DNA from: a virus
Strand: one strand, 5' to 3'
Virus record (IMG/VR): IMGVR_UViG_3300023181_000004
Location: 19,297 to 83,296 of that record
Length of the DNA stretch: 64,000 bases
Shown: positions 35,763 through 45,900 of the stretch, one piece after another
How the letters are laid out: each line of letters opens with the position of its first letter
Position numbering within the stretch: position 1 is the first letter of the stretch
Made by a program: the position numbers and the translations under genes
Notes under the pieces: model-generated
Database searches by the model: none
What the model was told of the DNA's origin: nothing
The model's input: only the letters and a program-made list of their open reading frames with translations

Positions 35763-35986
35763 CGTAGCGCGTGGGCTGGGAGTTCCAGCCACCATTCAGT
35801 GTAGCCTCGTGGCGCACTCGGACAGCCGCTACCTCAAGCTGCACCCAAATACTCCACAGGAGCAGGTGATCCGCATCAGCAGTCACCGCCCCTATGAACA
35901 CCGGTACGGCCTGTGCCTAGACGTACACCGGCCCGACCGCCTTGCCTCGGCGGTCTCTATAGGCACGCAATGGTTGGAGACGAACT

Positions 35987-36424
35987 ATGGAAGTGAAGTT
36001 CATGCGACTCCCGCACGGTGCGGGACTGGAGATGCCCCGCTACGAGACAGCGGATGCATCGGGGATGGACCTGCGATCGGCGGAGACATTCAAACTGTTC
36101 CACGGGCAGACAAAAATCTTCACCACCGGGTTCGCCGTGGAGGTGCCGCGCGGGTTCGAACTGCAGGTACGCAGTCGAAGTGGACTAGCAGCGAAGCACG
36201 GCGTGTTCGTGACCAATGGGATCGGGACGATTGATGCCGATTACCGCGGTGAGCTGATGGTTATCCTGTCGCACCTCGGCCGCAACGCCTATGAGATCGA
36301 GGTGGGCGAACGTATCGCGCAGCTCGTTTTATGCCCTGTCGTGCAGGCGACGCCGATTGAGGTGTCACTCCTTAGCGGCACCGCTCGGGGCAGCGGCGGG
36401 CTGGGCAGTACCGGGCGCCGGTAG
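35987..36424 (+). CDS. dut: Trimeric dUTPase
   Basis: ASGMDL, RSRSGLA, GTIDADYRGE, RIAQL, RGSGGLGSTG. Confidence 0.93.
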   Translation: MEVKFMRLPHGAGLEMPRYETADASGMDLRSAETFKLFHGQTKIFTTGFAVEVPRGFELQVRSRSGLAAKHGVFVTNGIGTIDADYRGELMVILSHLGRNAYEIEVGERIAQLVLCPVVQATPIEVSLLSGTARGSGGLGSTGRR

Positions 36425-36811
36425 CCGCGACAGGATATCAGCACGGCTGGCATTCCGCGCGCGCTCCTGTTCGCGCAGAATGTCCAGCTGCTGCTGCATA
36501 TCCTTCTTCTGCGACTCGTTCGCATTGTACTGCTGGGCGAGCGACCACGTCAGCGTGCTGATGAAGAGCATGACGACAAGGCCGCCCGCCCATTTCAGGA
36601 TCGACTTGAGTTCCCCGATCACGCCGAGGACCGCCTTGTGCTTCTCCTCGACCTTCGTGGCCAGCTCGTCGTTCTTCTCGTCGATCTTTTTCACCAGCTC
36701 ATCCGTCTTCTTCCCCAAGCCATCGAGCTTGTAGTCGGTGATTTGCATGTAATTCTTCAACTCGTGACGAGTCTCACGACTGTGGAGCATCGGATCAGTC
36801 TGGTCGGGCAT
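36365..36811 (-). CDS. Coiled-coil, single-TM protein at the end of the lysis cassette
   Basis: One TM segment; co-oriented with lysis genes. Confidence 0.6.
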   Translation of the reverse strand: MPDQTDPMLHSRETRHELKNYMQITDYKLDGLGKKTDELVKKIDEKNDELATKVEEKHKAVLGVIGELKSILKWAGGLVVMLFISTLTWSLAQQYNANESQKKDMQQQLDILREQERARNASRADILSRLPAPGTAQPAAAPSGAAKE

Positions 36812-36814
36812 GGC

Positions 36815-37105
36815 TTATCCCCGAGGACAGCCGGCAATCACCGGTTCAATTTCATTGAGGCGGGCCTCGCGCTGCGCGCGCCCGCCGTAGAGAAGCTGCA
36901 TCCGCTCGGCGGCGTCCGCTGCCGCCTTGAGCTTCGCCTTCGTATCGACATACTCGGGCGGACCGGCCAGCGTTTTGGGGACGCACGGCGCCGCGACCGG
37001 CACCTTGACGATCTGAGGGACCACGATAGGTTCGGGACGCGCGGGTACAGCCGCGCCGCACGCGGTGAGGATGCTCAGAAGTGGGATAAGATAAACGGCC
37101 TTCAC
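36815..37105 (-). CDS. Outer-membrane spanin (Rz1-like lipoprotein)
   Basis: Lipobox LTAC, Pro-rich; follows the Rz-like gene. Confidence 0.7.
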   Translation of the reverse strand: MKAVYLIPLLSILTACGAAVPARPEPIVVPQIVKVPVAAPCVPKTLAGPPEYVDTKAKLKAAADAAERMQLLYGGRAQREARLNEIEPVIAGCPRG

Positions 37106-37539
37106 TGCACCATCTCCTCCATGCCGCGATTGTCGATATCACGGACACGATCTTCAAGGGTAGCCCCCTGCGGCTTGGTTGCCAAGAAACCGTTCAGGCG
37201 AACGGTCATCAGCCGGGTTTGCTCCTGAGCCTTGGCCAGCTCGACCTGCTTGGCCGCCAGCAACGCTTTGCTCTCCGCCGACAGCTGGTCATAAGCCTTG
37301 TTCTGCACCTCGATCTCGTGCTTGAGCGTCGCCACGTTGGTGGTGGCCTGAGCCAGCCGCGCGACGTAGCCCGTCATTGGGTCGTTGATGCTGGTCTGCA
37401 GCTTGGTGGTCTGAACCATCAGCGACCGGTTCTCGAAGTAGCTTGCCAGAAGCAGCGCCGAGAGAACGATACCGATGAGAGCGGCCCCGCCGGTGGCGAC
37501 CTTCCAGAGGTTGCTGGTGATGACGCTTGGCAAGATCAT
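37102..37539 (-). CDS. Inner-membrane spanin (Rz-like)
   Basis: N-terminal TM plus coiled coil. Confidence 0.7.
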   Translation of the reverse strand: MILPSVITSNLWKVATGGAALIGIVLSALLLASYFENRSLMVQTTKLQTSINDPMTGYVARLAQATTNVATLKHEIEVQNKAYDQLSAESKALLAAKQVELAKAQEQTRLMTVRLNGFLATKPQGATLEDRVRDIDNRGMEEMVQ

Positions 37540-37844
37540 TCTTTGGACTCCGCAGGGGGAACCGCTGGGGCGGAAGTGCCCTCGCGTGTCTGGATCGCAG
37601 CAGCGACGCTACGGTCCTTGATGGCCGCCGAGCCTGCGACAGCGCCAATGGCGATGCCCAAACCAGTCGGGTACGCAGCACAGAACGCGACGGTGTCGAA
37701 GTGAGCACCGTTGCGGATCATATCCCACAGCACGAACATCGGGGCGCAAGCGATGTAGACACCCACGCCCACGCCGCCGAGCAGCCGGGTGATCTCGTAT
37801 TCGCCGCCGATGCCTTTCAGTGCGTTGAGCAGGTTCTTCATCAT
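37536..37844 (-). CDS. Holin candidate (2 TM)
   Basis: Two TM helices; between endolysin and spanins. Confidence 0.55.
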   Translation of the reverse strand: MMKNLLNALKGIGGEYEITRLLGGVGVGVYIACAPMFVLWDMIRNGAHFDTVAFCAAYPTGLGIAIGAVAGSAAIKDRSVAAAIQTREGTSAPAVPPAESKE

Positions 37845-38038
37845 AAACTTCCTCGTAGAATGAGAGCACCAACCCATGCGCTGATCAGGGACGAGATCAG
37901 CATGAAGGTCGCGAAGATGAATGTCATCTTCCGCAGGCGCTCGCAATTGGTATTAACAAATCCCAGCCAAAATAGAAATACGCAGAGTGCCGCAAGACGG
38001 CTGATGGTCATCCAGAAGAGGAAGACCGAAGAACTCAT
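37841..38038 (-). CDS. Small 2-TM membrane protein (holin/antiholin candidate)
   Basis: TAATG coupling to endolysin; hydrophobic. Confidence 0.45.
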   Translation of the reverse strand: MSSSVFLFWMTISRLAALCVFLFWLGFVNTNCERLRKMTFIFATFMLISSLISAWVGALILRGSL

Positions 38039-38598
38039 TATACATTCGCCTTCCACCACGCTGTGCCAGGCAAGAAACTATTGGCTCGATTGGTCCAGCC
38101 GTTGATATATTTCGGATTGTTGAGCGACTTGTAGAAGGCGATGCGCGCGGCGGTCCACGCCTTCATCGCCGTCTCATCGCTCTTGTCGCAGCGCCATTTC
38201 CGATACGCCTCGCGCGTGCCAGCGCCAGCGTCGCCGTCGTCGCCCGTGCCGCAGAGCCGCTGCAGCACCTTGACGGCGGCCTTCGGGCCGGCGTTGAACG
38301 AGAGATCGACCACCCCGGCGAGCACCACATCCCACGGCAGCAGGTCAATGCCGTTCTTGTGGTAGTAGCCCTTGAGGCCGAGATCGATCGCTTCGGCTTC
38401 GCCGAGCGCGGCCATGTCAGCCTTGGTGACCGACTTCACGCCGCGATAGGCCGCCAGGGCGTCGCCCGTGACACCGTACTTCGAACCGACCAGCTGGCCG
38501 TTGTGCCAATTGCCGCGATCGTCAGGGTCGAGCGAGTGCTTCGGACTCTCGTGCACGAGGATCGTGTTTTTGAAAAAGGCTTGGGGGGTCGCCTTCAT
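38038..38598 (-). CDS. Endolysin, GH108-type muramidase with C-terminal PG-binding domain
   Basis: HE..DPDDRGN..KYGVT..D.SFNAG..LQR..GWTNR. Confidence 0.85.
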   Translation of the reverse strand: MKATPQAFFKNTILVHESPKHSLDPDDRGNWHNGQLVGSKYGVTGDALAAYRGVKSVTKADMAALGEAEAIDLGLKGYYHKNGIDLLPWDVVLAGVVDLSFNAGPKAAVKVLQRLCGTGDDGDAGAGTREAYRKWRCDKSDETAMKAWTAARIAFYKSLNNPKYINGWTNRANSFLPGTAWWKANV

Positions 38599-38678
38599 AG
38601 CCTTCTCTTTCCTTAAAATTACCTTGTACTTTCAGGAAATCCAAATGTATTAATAAGAGGAACCTGTAGGGACAAAGC

Positions 38679-40604
38679 ATGATCGAACGACTCACATCAT
38701 CCGCATTCTTCCCTGTCAGCGGTGCTACGCTCCGGGCGGATTATCAACCCAAATCCGGCATCACCGCCGTGGTTGGCGAGAACGGGGCAGGCAAGACCTT
38801 CCTCTCGATCGAGACCGTGCGGTGGTTGCTCTACGGCAAGGCGGCGTTGCGCGGCGCGGCGGGCGACTACAAGGACGCTAACGCCAGCGGGTGCTTCCTC
38901 ATCCGCGGCGCGCGGTATGAAATCAGCCGCGGCAAGGCGGAGTGGGTCAAGGACGCGAGCGGCTCGATGGTCGCCAAAGGCGCGGAGAAGGTGACCGAGT
39001 TCGTCACAGAAGCAATGGGCTACGGCCTCGACGTCTTCGACCTGTGCAACGCGGCCACGCAGGGCAACGTCCAGAAGCTGGGCGACATGCGACCGGCCGA
39101 GCGCAAGGCGATCATCGACAAAGTGCTGCGCCTGACCGACGCCGAGAAGGCCGAGAAGGACTGCCGCACGGAGGCCACCGGCTACAAGCGCGAGGCCGAG
39201 GCACTGGCCAAGGCGCTGCGCGCGCCGGGCGACGAGCCGGTGACCCCGGCGGGCTACATGCCCTCGGAGAGCCTGCGCGGTGCCCTGACAGCCATGCGCG
39301 CCACGCGTGACGCACATGCGGCCCTCCGGGGCCAGCTGCGACTCGTAGACGCTCCTGTGCGGCCACTGGCGGCCGCATTCAGCGAGGACGCTATTGCGGA
39401 TCTGGAGCAGCACGAGCGGGACCGCGCTGTGGCTCAAGCGGAGCACCGTCGGTTGGACAGCATCACGCAACGATGCCGTCCTTATTCGCCAGATAAATAT
39501 AGCGAGGACCAGTTGCAGGTTGCCGAGCGCCGCAACCTTATTCGACATGCCCTCGACCAACGCGGCCCCGCACCACAGCTGACCGCGGCGGCCTCCGAGC
39601 GAATATGGGCGCAATGGGCTTTATTCGATGCTCATCAGCCGAGCGATGAAATCGAGTGTCCGAAGTGTGCACACAAATTTCGGACAACGGGCGAGCCACC
39701 GACACCTCCGCTAATGTCGAAGGAGCAACTGCGGGAAGATGACGCCCGCCGCTCGCGGCACTGCGCGCCAGCGCCTGTTCTTCCCGACGGACCAGATCTT
39801 ACTCCGCAGAAGATCAAACTGGTTCGCGACAGCGCGGCGGCGGATGCAGAGCATGACGCAGCCTATGCCGCATTGCGCCAGCTTGTTATTCCTGACGACC
39901 GCTCAGCCGAGCTGACGCGCATGCGCAATGACAAAGCCACAATGGATGCGTTCCTCGCCGAGCAGTTGCGTTACGAGCGCGTCCGCCAAAGCAACGCCGA
40001 GATCGAGGCGCAGATCGCCGCACTCGACCCCGACCTCGGACAGGACATCATCGACAACCAAGCCGAGGGCGTGCACCGCGCCGAGATGTACGAGGCGGCC
40101 TACGCGACATGGCAGCGCGACGACGCTGCGTTCAAGGCGGCACAGGCCAAGATCGCCGACGCCAGCTATCTTGCCGAGGAATATGCCCTTGGCGCCAAGG
40201 GCATCAGCGACGCGCGCGCCGTGGTCAAGGCGCTGATCGCGCCGAAGATCAGTCGCATTGCCACCGTCCTGATCCGCGACATGTCGATGGGCAAGCTCGA
40301 CAACCTGATCGTGGATGACGAGATGGAGATCACCGTCGGCGGCCAGCGCATCGAGACGCTGTCGGGCGCCGGCAAGACGGTCGCTAACCTCGCGCTGCGC
40401 GTGGCGATGGGGCAGGCGCTGGTTGGCCACGTCTTTCCGGTCTTCCTCGCCGATGAGATCGACGGTGATCTCTCTGCCACGCGCCGCGCGGCGACGCTGC
40501 AGGCGCTGGTCTCGCTCAAAAAGCATCTGTCGCAGATCATCCTCGTCACGCACCGTGGCGCGGAAATCGCAGATCATGTGTGGGACGTAGAAAGTACCGG
40601 GTAG
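38679..40604 (+). CDS. SbcC/Rad50-like ATPase
   Basis: GENGAGKT, coiled coils, CPKC zinc hook, LSGAG, FLADE, LVTH. Confidence 0.88.
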   Translation: MIERLTSSAFFPVSGATLRADYQPKSGITAVVGENGAGKTFLSIETVRWLLYGKAALRGAAGDYKDANASGCFLIRGARYEISRGKAEWVKDASGSMVAKGAEKVTEFVTEAMGYGLDVFDLCNAATQGNVQKLGDMRPAERKAIIDKVLRLTDAEKAEKDCRTEATGYKREAEALAKALRAPGDEPVTPAGYMPSESLRGALTAMRATRDAHAALRGQLRLVDAPVRPLAAAFSEDAIADLEQHERDRAVAQAEHRRLDSITQRCRPYSPDKYSEDQLQVAERRNLIRHALDQRGPAPQLTAAASERIWAQWALFDAHQPSDEIECPKCAHKFRTTGEPPTPPLMSKEQLREDDARRSRHCAPAPVLPDGPDLTPQKIKLVRDSAAADAEHDAAYAALRQLVIPDDRSAELTRMRNDKATMDAFLAEQLRYERVRQSNAEIEAQIAALDPDLGQDIIDNQAEGVHRAEMYEAAYATWQRDDAAFKAAQAKIADASYLAEEYALGAKGISDARAVVKALIAPKISRIATVLIRDMSMGKLDNLIVDDEMEITVGGQRIETLSGAGKTVANLALRVAMGQALVGHVFPVFLADEIDGDLSATRRAATLQALVSLKKHLSQIILVTHRGAEIADHVWDVESTG

Positions 40605-40673
40605 TTTACCGGATATAGATTTCCGTATAGCCACAATGCACTAAAGCGAGAACTCTTAAACCGGAGAACACCA

Positions 40674-41063
40674 GTGGCAGTTACCCCCGAGATCGAGGCC
40701 GACATCATGCGGGCCTACAACGCCAACCCGAAACGGTTTTCCCCGTTTCGGGTGGCCAAGTCGGTTGGCGCAACCATGAGCGAAGTGATCGCTGTGGTGA
40801 ACCGCAACAAGGACACCTGTCCTGAGACGGCAACTGGCGTCGCCCGCCGCGAGCTGGAACCATTCATCCTCGCCAGTCGGCGAATCATGGATGCAGGTTG
40901 GGACAACAAGAGCGAGGGCGTGCTGACTGCGCGCCGCCGCTTCGAAGCTGGCACGCATGATATGGCCACGCACCGCGACGGCGGGTGGATCCATCTGTGC
41001 AGCATTCCCCTCGCTCGCCCCCGCCGCGCGCGGCCGGGCTTTTTCACTGGAGTTGTACTCTGA
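40674..41063 (+). CDS. Hypothetical protein, possible N-terminal HTH
   Basis: GGAGA RBS, GTG start. Confidence 0.6.
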   Translation: MAVTPEIEADIMRAYNANPKRFSPFRVAKSVGATMSEVIAVVNRNKDTCPETATGVARRELEPFILASRRIMDAGWDNKSEGVLTARRRFEAGTHDMATHRDGGWIHLCSIPLARPRRARPGFFTGVVL

Positions 41064-42070
41064 TGCTACATGATCTCATCCTCGGCCACGGCACGACCAT
41101 CGTCGATCCACGTGGCGGCCTTGTTACACCGACTGGCGGCAGCGCCGTCCTCAAGGTCGAACCGCAGATGTTGCGCAACGGCGACGGGCCGTATCATGGC
41201 GAGTTGCAATATCTTGGCCTGCTGCAAGAGCTGGTCAACAAGAGCGACGCGGCGCCGCGCGAGGACCGCACCGGGACCGGCACGTTCAGCGTGTTCGGCC
41301 GACAGATCCGCTTCGATCTATCGGTGGGCTTCCCGCTGCTGACGACGAAGAAGCTCTTCACCAAGGGCATCATCGCCGAGCTGCTATGGATGCTCGCGGG
41401 TGATACGAATGTGAAGACTCTGCAGGAGCAGGGCGTTCACATTTGGGACGAGTGGGCGAAGGAAGACGGCTCGCTCGGACCAGTCTACGGCGAGCAGTGG
41501 CGAGCATGGCCGATGACGCCGAACTATGAGGCCATGAAGCCTTATCTCAAGCGTCTGGCTGCTGATCCCGACGCCTATACCACGACGTTCGCCTCCGTCG
41601 ATCAGATCGCCGTGCTGTTGGAAAATCTGCGCCAGAAACCTAACGACCGCGGCCACGTCGTCAGCGCATGGAATGCGGCACAGCTCGATCAGATGGCACT
41701 GCGCCCGTGCCACTGCCTGTTCCAGTTCTACGTCGAGGACGGCAAGCTGTCGTGCCAGCTGTACCAGCGCAGCGCGGATATCTTCCTCGGTGTGCCGTTC
41801 AATATCGCAAGCTATGCGCTGTTGACGCACCTGATCGCTGCCGAGCTGGATCTCAATGTGGGTGACTTCGTTCACACGTTCGGCGACCTGCACCTCTATG
41901 CCAACCATGTCGAGCAGGCCAAGGAACAGCTCACTCGCTGTCCGCGTCCGTTCCCGACGGTGTTCATCAACACGCTGGGGTGGCCGGGCCTGTTCAATAT
42001 CACGCCCAGTCGTATCGCGATCAACGACTACAATCCCCACCCAGCAATCAAAGCGGAGGTTTCAATATGA
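41063..42070 (+). CDS. thyA: Thymidylate synthase
   Basis: [49 protein letters not shown]. Confidence 0.95.
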   Translation: MLHDLILGHGTTIVDPRGGLVTPTGGSAVLKVEPQMLRNGDGPYHGELQYLGLLQELVNKSDAAPREDRTGTGTFSVFGRQIRFDLSVGFPLLTTKKLFTKGIIAELLWMLAGDTNVKTLQEQGVHIWDEWAKEDGSLGPVYGEQWRAWPMTPNYEAMKPYLKRLAADPDAYTTTFASVDQIAVLLENLRQKPNDRGHVVSAWNAAQLDQMALRPCHCLFQFYVEDGKLSCQLYQRSADIFLGVPFNIASYALLTHLIAAELDLNVGDFVHTFGDLHLYANHVEQAKEQLTRCPRPFPTVFINTLGWPGLFNITPSRIAINDYNPHPAIKAEVSI

Positions 42071-42684
42071 GCATTTCTTCCTTCTTCCATCGTGGTGCAG
42101 AAGCCGACAATGCCGAGCCGTTCGATCCGATCGCTGCGCTCGCGGCTGAAGGCCTTCCTGCGCCACAGCCGATTGAGCTGCCTCCGGCTAGTGAGATCGT
42201 TGCGGATGCTAATGGGAGCATCTTCGGCATTACTTATGACAACGGCGTCACCATTTCCAAGCTTCGTATGGACAGCATCAAGGTCGGCGATGTTGTCAAC
42301 CCGAAGGAGGCCGCCGGCTCCAAGAAGCCGGGCGTCTGGTCAGTGTTTCCACGTTGGGTCAGCCTGCTGGTTGGACGCGTGATGGAAACCGGTGCTTCGA
42401 AGTACGGGAAATTCAACTATCGCGACAGTGCTATTGCCGCATCGACCTATGAGGATGCGATGGAGCGTCATGCACAGCTGTGGTTCGACGGCGAGGATAA
42501 TGATCCTGAGAGTGGTGTGAGTCACCTTGCCCACGTCATTGCTTGTGCCACGCTTTTGCTCGACGCACAAGCCACCGGCAAGCTGGTAGACAACCGCCAG
42601 AAGACTGGTGTGGTCCGGCGAACACTGAATGAGTTGGAAGAGCTGCGGCGAACGCTACCACTCCCCGGCAACATCAAGGTGTAA
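42067..42684 (+). CDS. DUF5664-like dATP/dGTP diphosphohydrolase
   Basis: [39 protein letters not shown]. Confidence 0.75.
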   Translation: MSISSFFHRGAEADNAEPFDPIAALAAEGLPAPQPIELPPASEIVADANGSIFGITYDNGVTISKLRMDSIKVGDVVNPKEAAGSKKPGVWSVFPRWVSLLVGRVMETGASKYGKFNYRDSAIAASTYEDAMERHAQLWFDGEDNDPESGVSHLAHVIACATLLLDAQATGKLVDNRQKTGVVRRTLNELEELRRTLPLPGNIKV

Positions 42685-42716
42685 AAGAAAGGGGGCCAGT
42701 TGGCCCCCTTTTTATT
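42684..42716. terminator. Bidirectional terminator between convergent early and late units
   Basis: AAAAGAAAGGGGGCCA-GT-TGGCCCCCTTTTT. Confidence 0.8.
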
Positions 42717-42990
42717 GTGCCGCAGCGATGCGCTGTCGGACCTGAGCTGGTAGGCTCTCGACTCCCTTCATCACGGTTGCCATGCCGTCAAGCTGTAGTT
42801 TTGCGAGAGGATCGTGACCGTAAAGTTCGCGCGCAGTTGCGATATCACTCTTTACCTTGAGCCACTCATCGCTGCCGACAAGGGCATTGAGTTGGTCAAG
42901 ACCCTCTTCAGAAGCTTTTCGATCAGCCTCTGCGACGAGCTTGCGCATGTCTTCAACGGAGGGAGTGGTGGTCTTAGTAGCCATGGTCAT
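42712..42990 (-). CDS. Small helical protein after the tail fiber (chaperone candidate)
   Basis: Directly downstream of the tail fiber; AAGGA RBS. Confidence 0.55.
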   Translation of the reverse strand: MTMATKTTTPSVEDMRKLVAEADRKASEEGLDQLNALVGSDEWLKVKSDIATARELYGHDPLAKLQLDGMATVMKGVESLPAQVRQRIAAAQ

Positions 42991-42993
42991 TCC

Positions 42994-45900
42994 TTATGAA
43001 ACAAGAGCTGTATTTTTAACTATTGTAGCGCCCCCGTCAAGACGTCGAGCGATACCAACAGTACCAGACCAGCCGCAGTCTCGCATTTCAGCGACATCGT
43101 AACCGTAAGCGCCTGTTTGATCATACACCTTACAATTGATGCAGACCGTGATGACGGTATTTGATGTCGAGCTGCGATCATCAGCAAAGCCGATGATGTC
43201 CCCAATTGAGATGCAGTTGATGAATACAACTCGGGTATCCACACCACCGTCGCCGCCAGAGGCTCCAGCCGTAGGGGCACCTGTGGCATACATGCCCGCT
43301 TTTTTGTACGTGCCGCGTTGTTGATTTTTTCGGCTGATCACATTGATGATGATATCGTCGCAACCGTAGGCGGGGGCACACCCAGTTCCACCGTTGTATT
43401 CAACGAGGCCACCGTGAAGGCGTGTTGAAGAACCTTCATGATCAGAATATCCGTCATCGCGACAATCGTGACCGTAGTAATCAGAGCCATCTGTAATTTT
43501 TGCACCGATATGGCCGTTTAACCCATCGCCGACCAACCCTGCCTGAGAACCAGAGCAAGCACACTCAAGTGTTCCAAAAGAAAGGACAGAATAGTAAACA
43601 CAATTTGTCGCTGCACCAAATACAAACACTTCGTCCAAGTGCGCTCGACGGAAGAAACTACAATCAATTCCGCCATAACGGACTTCAAGGCCCATGATCA
43701 GCAGCTCTGGTGCGCTTTCACGAAGGCTTCCAGTCGTACTAAACAAGCCTTGCGTGTTATCTAAATAGATATTCGCTGCCGACCCATCACCACCGCCGAC
43801 GATGCTGAAGTACATGATTCCAGTACTGTCATCAATAAACGCTTTCGGATCATTGTTATCAGATGCGTCGATCTCTGCCTGTGCAGCTGCAAGGGTTGAC
43901 GCTGTGGTCTTCACCAATTTGGTTGCCCAGTGCAAGCGGTTCGGACGACCACGATGCTGTGGACTGCGTTCTGCTGTGGGGATCACAGTACGCGGGTCTG
44001 CCACACCATCTTGATAGGCCCAATTGAAATTGGCCAACGTCGGCGGCGTAGTCAAATGCACCTGATATACTTTGGTGAAACCGGATGTCTTCGTGATACC
44101 TGTCAGCTTATCAGCACAATATACTACTGGATAATTATCGTATTCGGTGCTGCTGCTCGATCGACGACCGAGTATGGTCAACTTACCAGTGAGCGTCGAA
44201 GGTGCAATTCGCATTTGCGATTGAGAATAAGTGCCGAACAGTGCAATAATTGTACCCGCGCCGTTCATTTTGTTTACCGCTGCTTGTGCGGAAAACATTG
44301 GTGCTGTTTGGGTGCCCGCAGCAGTATCAACACCAGTCGGCGAGATAAACAATACCCCACCGCCCCCGCCGCTAGACGATTGACTGGAAGATACTGGCCG
44401 ACGAAATATTGCGTTCGATCCGGGAGCCAACAGCATATCACCAAATCGAAGCGCACGCGGTACGCTGCCACTCACATTATTGACAGCAATATAAAATACC
44501 ACAAAAGCAGTATCCGCATGTAGGGCAATACCAGCCTGTCGCAGCCAACCTGGTCCAGTAACCGAAGCCGATAAAGTTACCCGCGTTCCAGTAATTTCTA
44601 TCTGCGAACTATTACGTTGGATAACTAAAACACGACAGGTCTGTGCCGCAGCAGACCCTGTTCCGTTATAACTATCTAGCCCATAAATTTGGACCGCAGC
44701 AGAGAAAAATCCACTTCCATTAGATAGATCAGAACGAGGAATGGCTCCAAAGAAAGATCCAAACTCCGAAGGCAATCCTGTAGGAGCAACAACGGACCAG
44801 CACGGACGTTGATCAGCACCAGTAGTTGTTGCCGTCAAAGAATTAACATTGCCGCTGGCGTACCGCATGGTTTTAACATCCAGCTCGTCAGCCGTAAAGC
44901 GATTAGGCAGCTGTGCAGCAATGTCTGCGGCATCTTCTGGAGGCAAAGAGGCGATAGCAGCTGCATAATCTGCTACTTGTTTTGGTGAGATTTTCGGCGG
45001 GACATAGTGAGGGTCAGACCCGTTTCGCACAGTGATTTGTGCGAAGTCCATCGTCGCCGTGGTATCCAAGCGTACACCAATGCCAATCGTAGCAGTATTA
45101 GCTGGAAGTGCCACTGCCTTGGCAACAATAATTTCCGTTGGCTTCGTAATAGCAGCCGCTGGAATATACCGGCCCAATAAATTTTGACCGCTTTCATCCT
45201 GCCCAGCCACTGTAGGCCAGACAAGTTGTGTACCGCTTGCGTCATAAGCATACAGACGAAAACGAATATCTGTTGCCGCCGCACTGGCATCTTTACGAGC
45301 GACAATAATTGACGCCGAAACCAAACCGCTTGGGAAACTACTAATTGGAATGCGACGACTGACTAAATCAATCAAACCAGTGGGCGCGCTAACAGACGGA
45401 GTGCGCATCCGTTTTGCGCCTCCAGACAGAACCACAGGGAAGTTAGTTCCTCCAAACGATACGTTATCACCGACCGAATAATATTCAAGATCAGGATCAG
45501 TATAGAGATTGGGGTTGCTGTTGTCAGAACCAATGGCTGACGCCGTGTTTAGAGCAGCATTTGCCAACGTGAGGGCATCTGCTACCGATTTCGGCGAAAC
45601 CCGTACTGCACGATAGTGTGGGTCAGCACCATCTCGGATGGAGAGGTGTGAGAAATCCATAGTAGGTGTGCTATCAATGCGCACCATTACTTGAAGTGTA
45701 GCCGTATTAGTTGGCAACACTATATTTTCAGCGATAACCAATTCGGTCGGCACTGTAATAGCTGCTGTAGGTGCATACCGACTATAATAATTAGGGGTTG
45801 TTTCATCGCTCTTCGAAACATCCGGCCAAACTAATTGGTTTCCTGAACTGTCCTTAGCGATCAAACGAAAACGAAGATCAGAAGCTGCTCCAGAAATATC

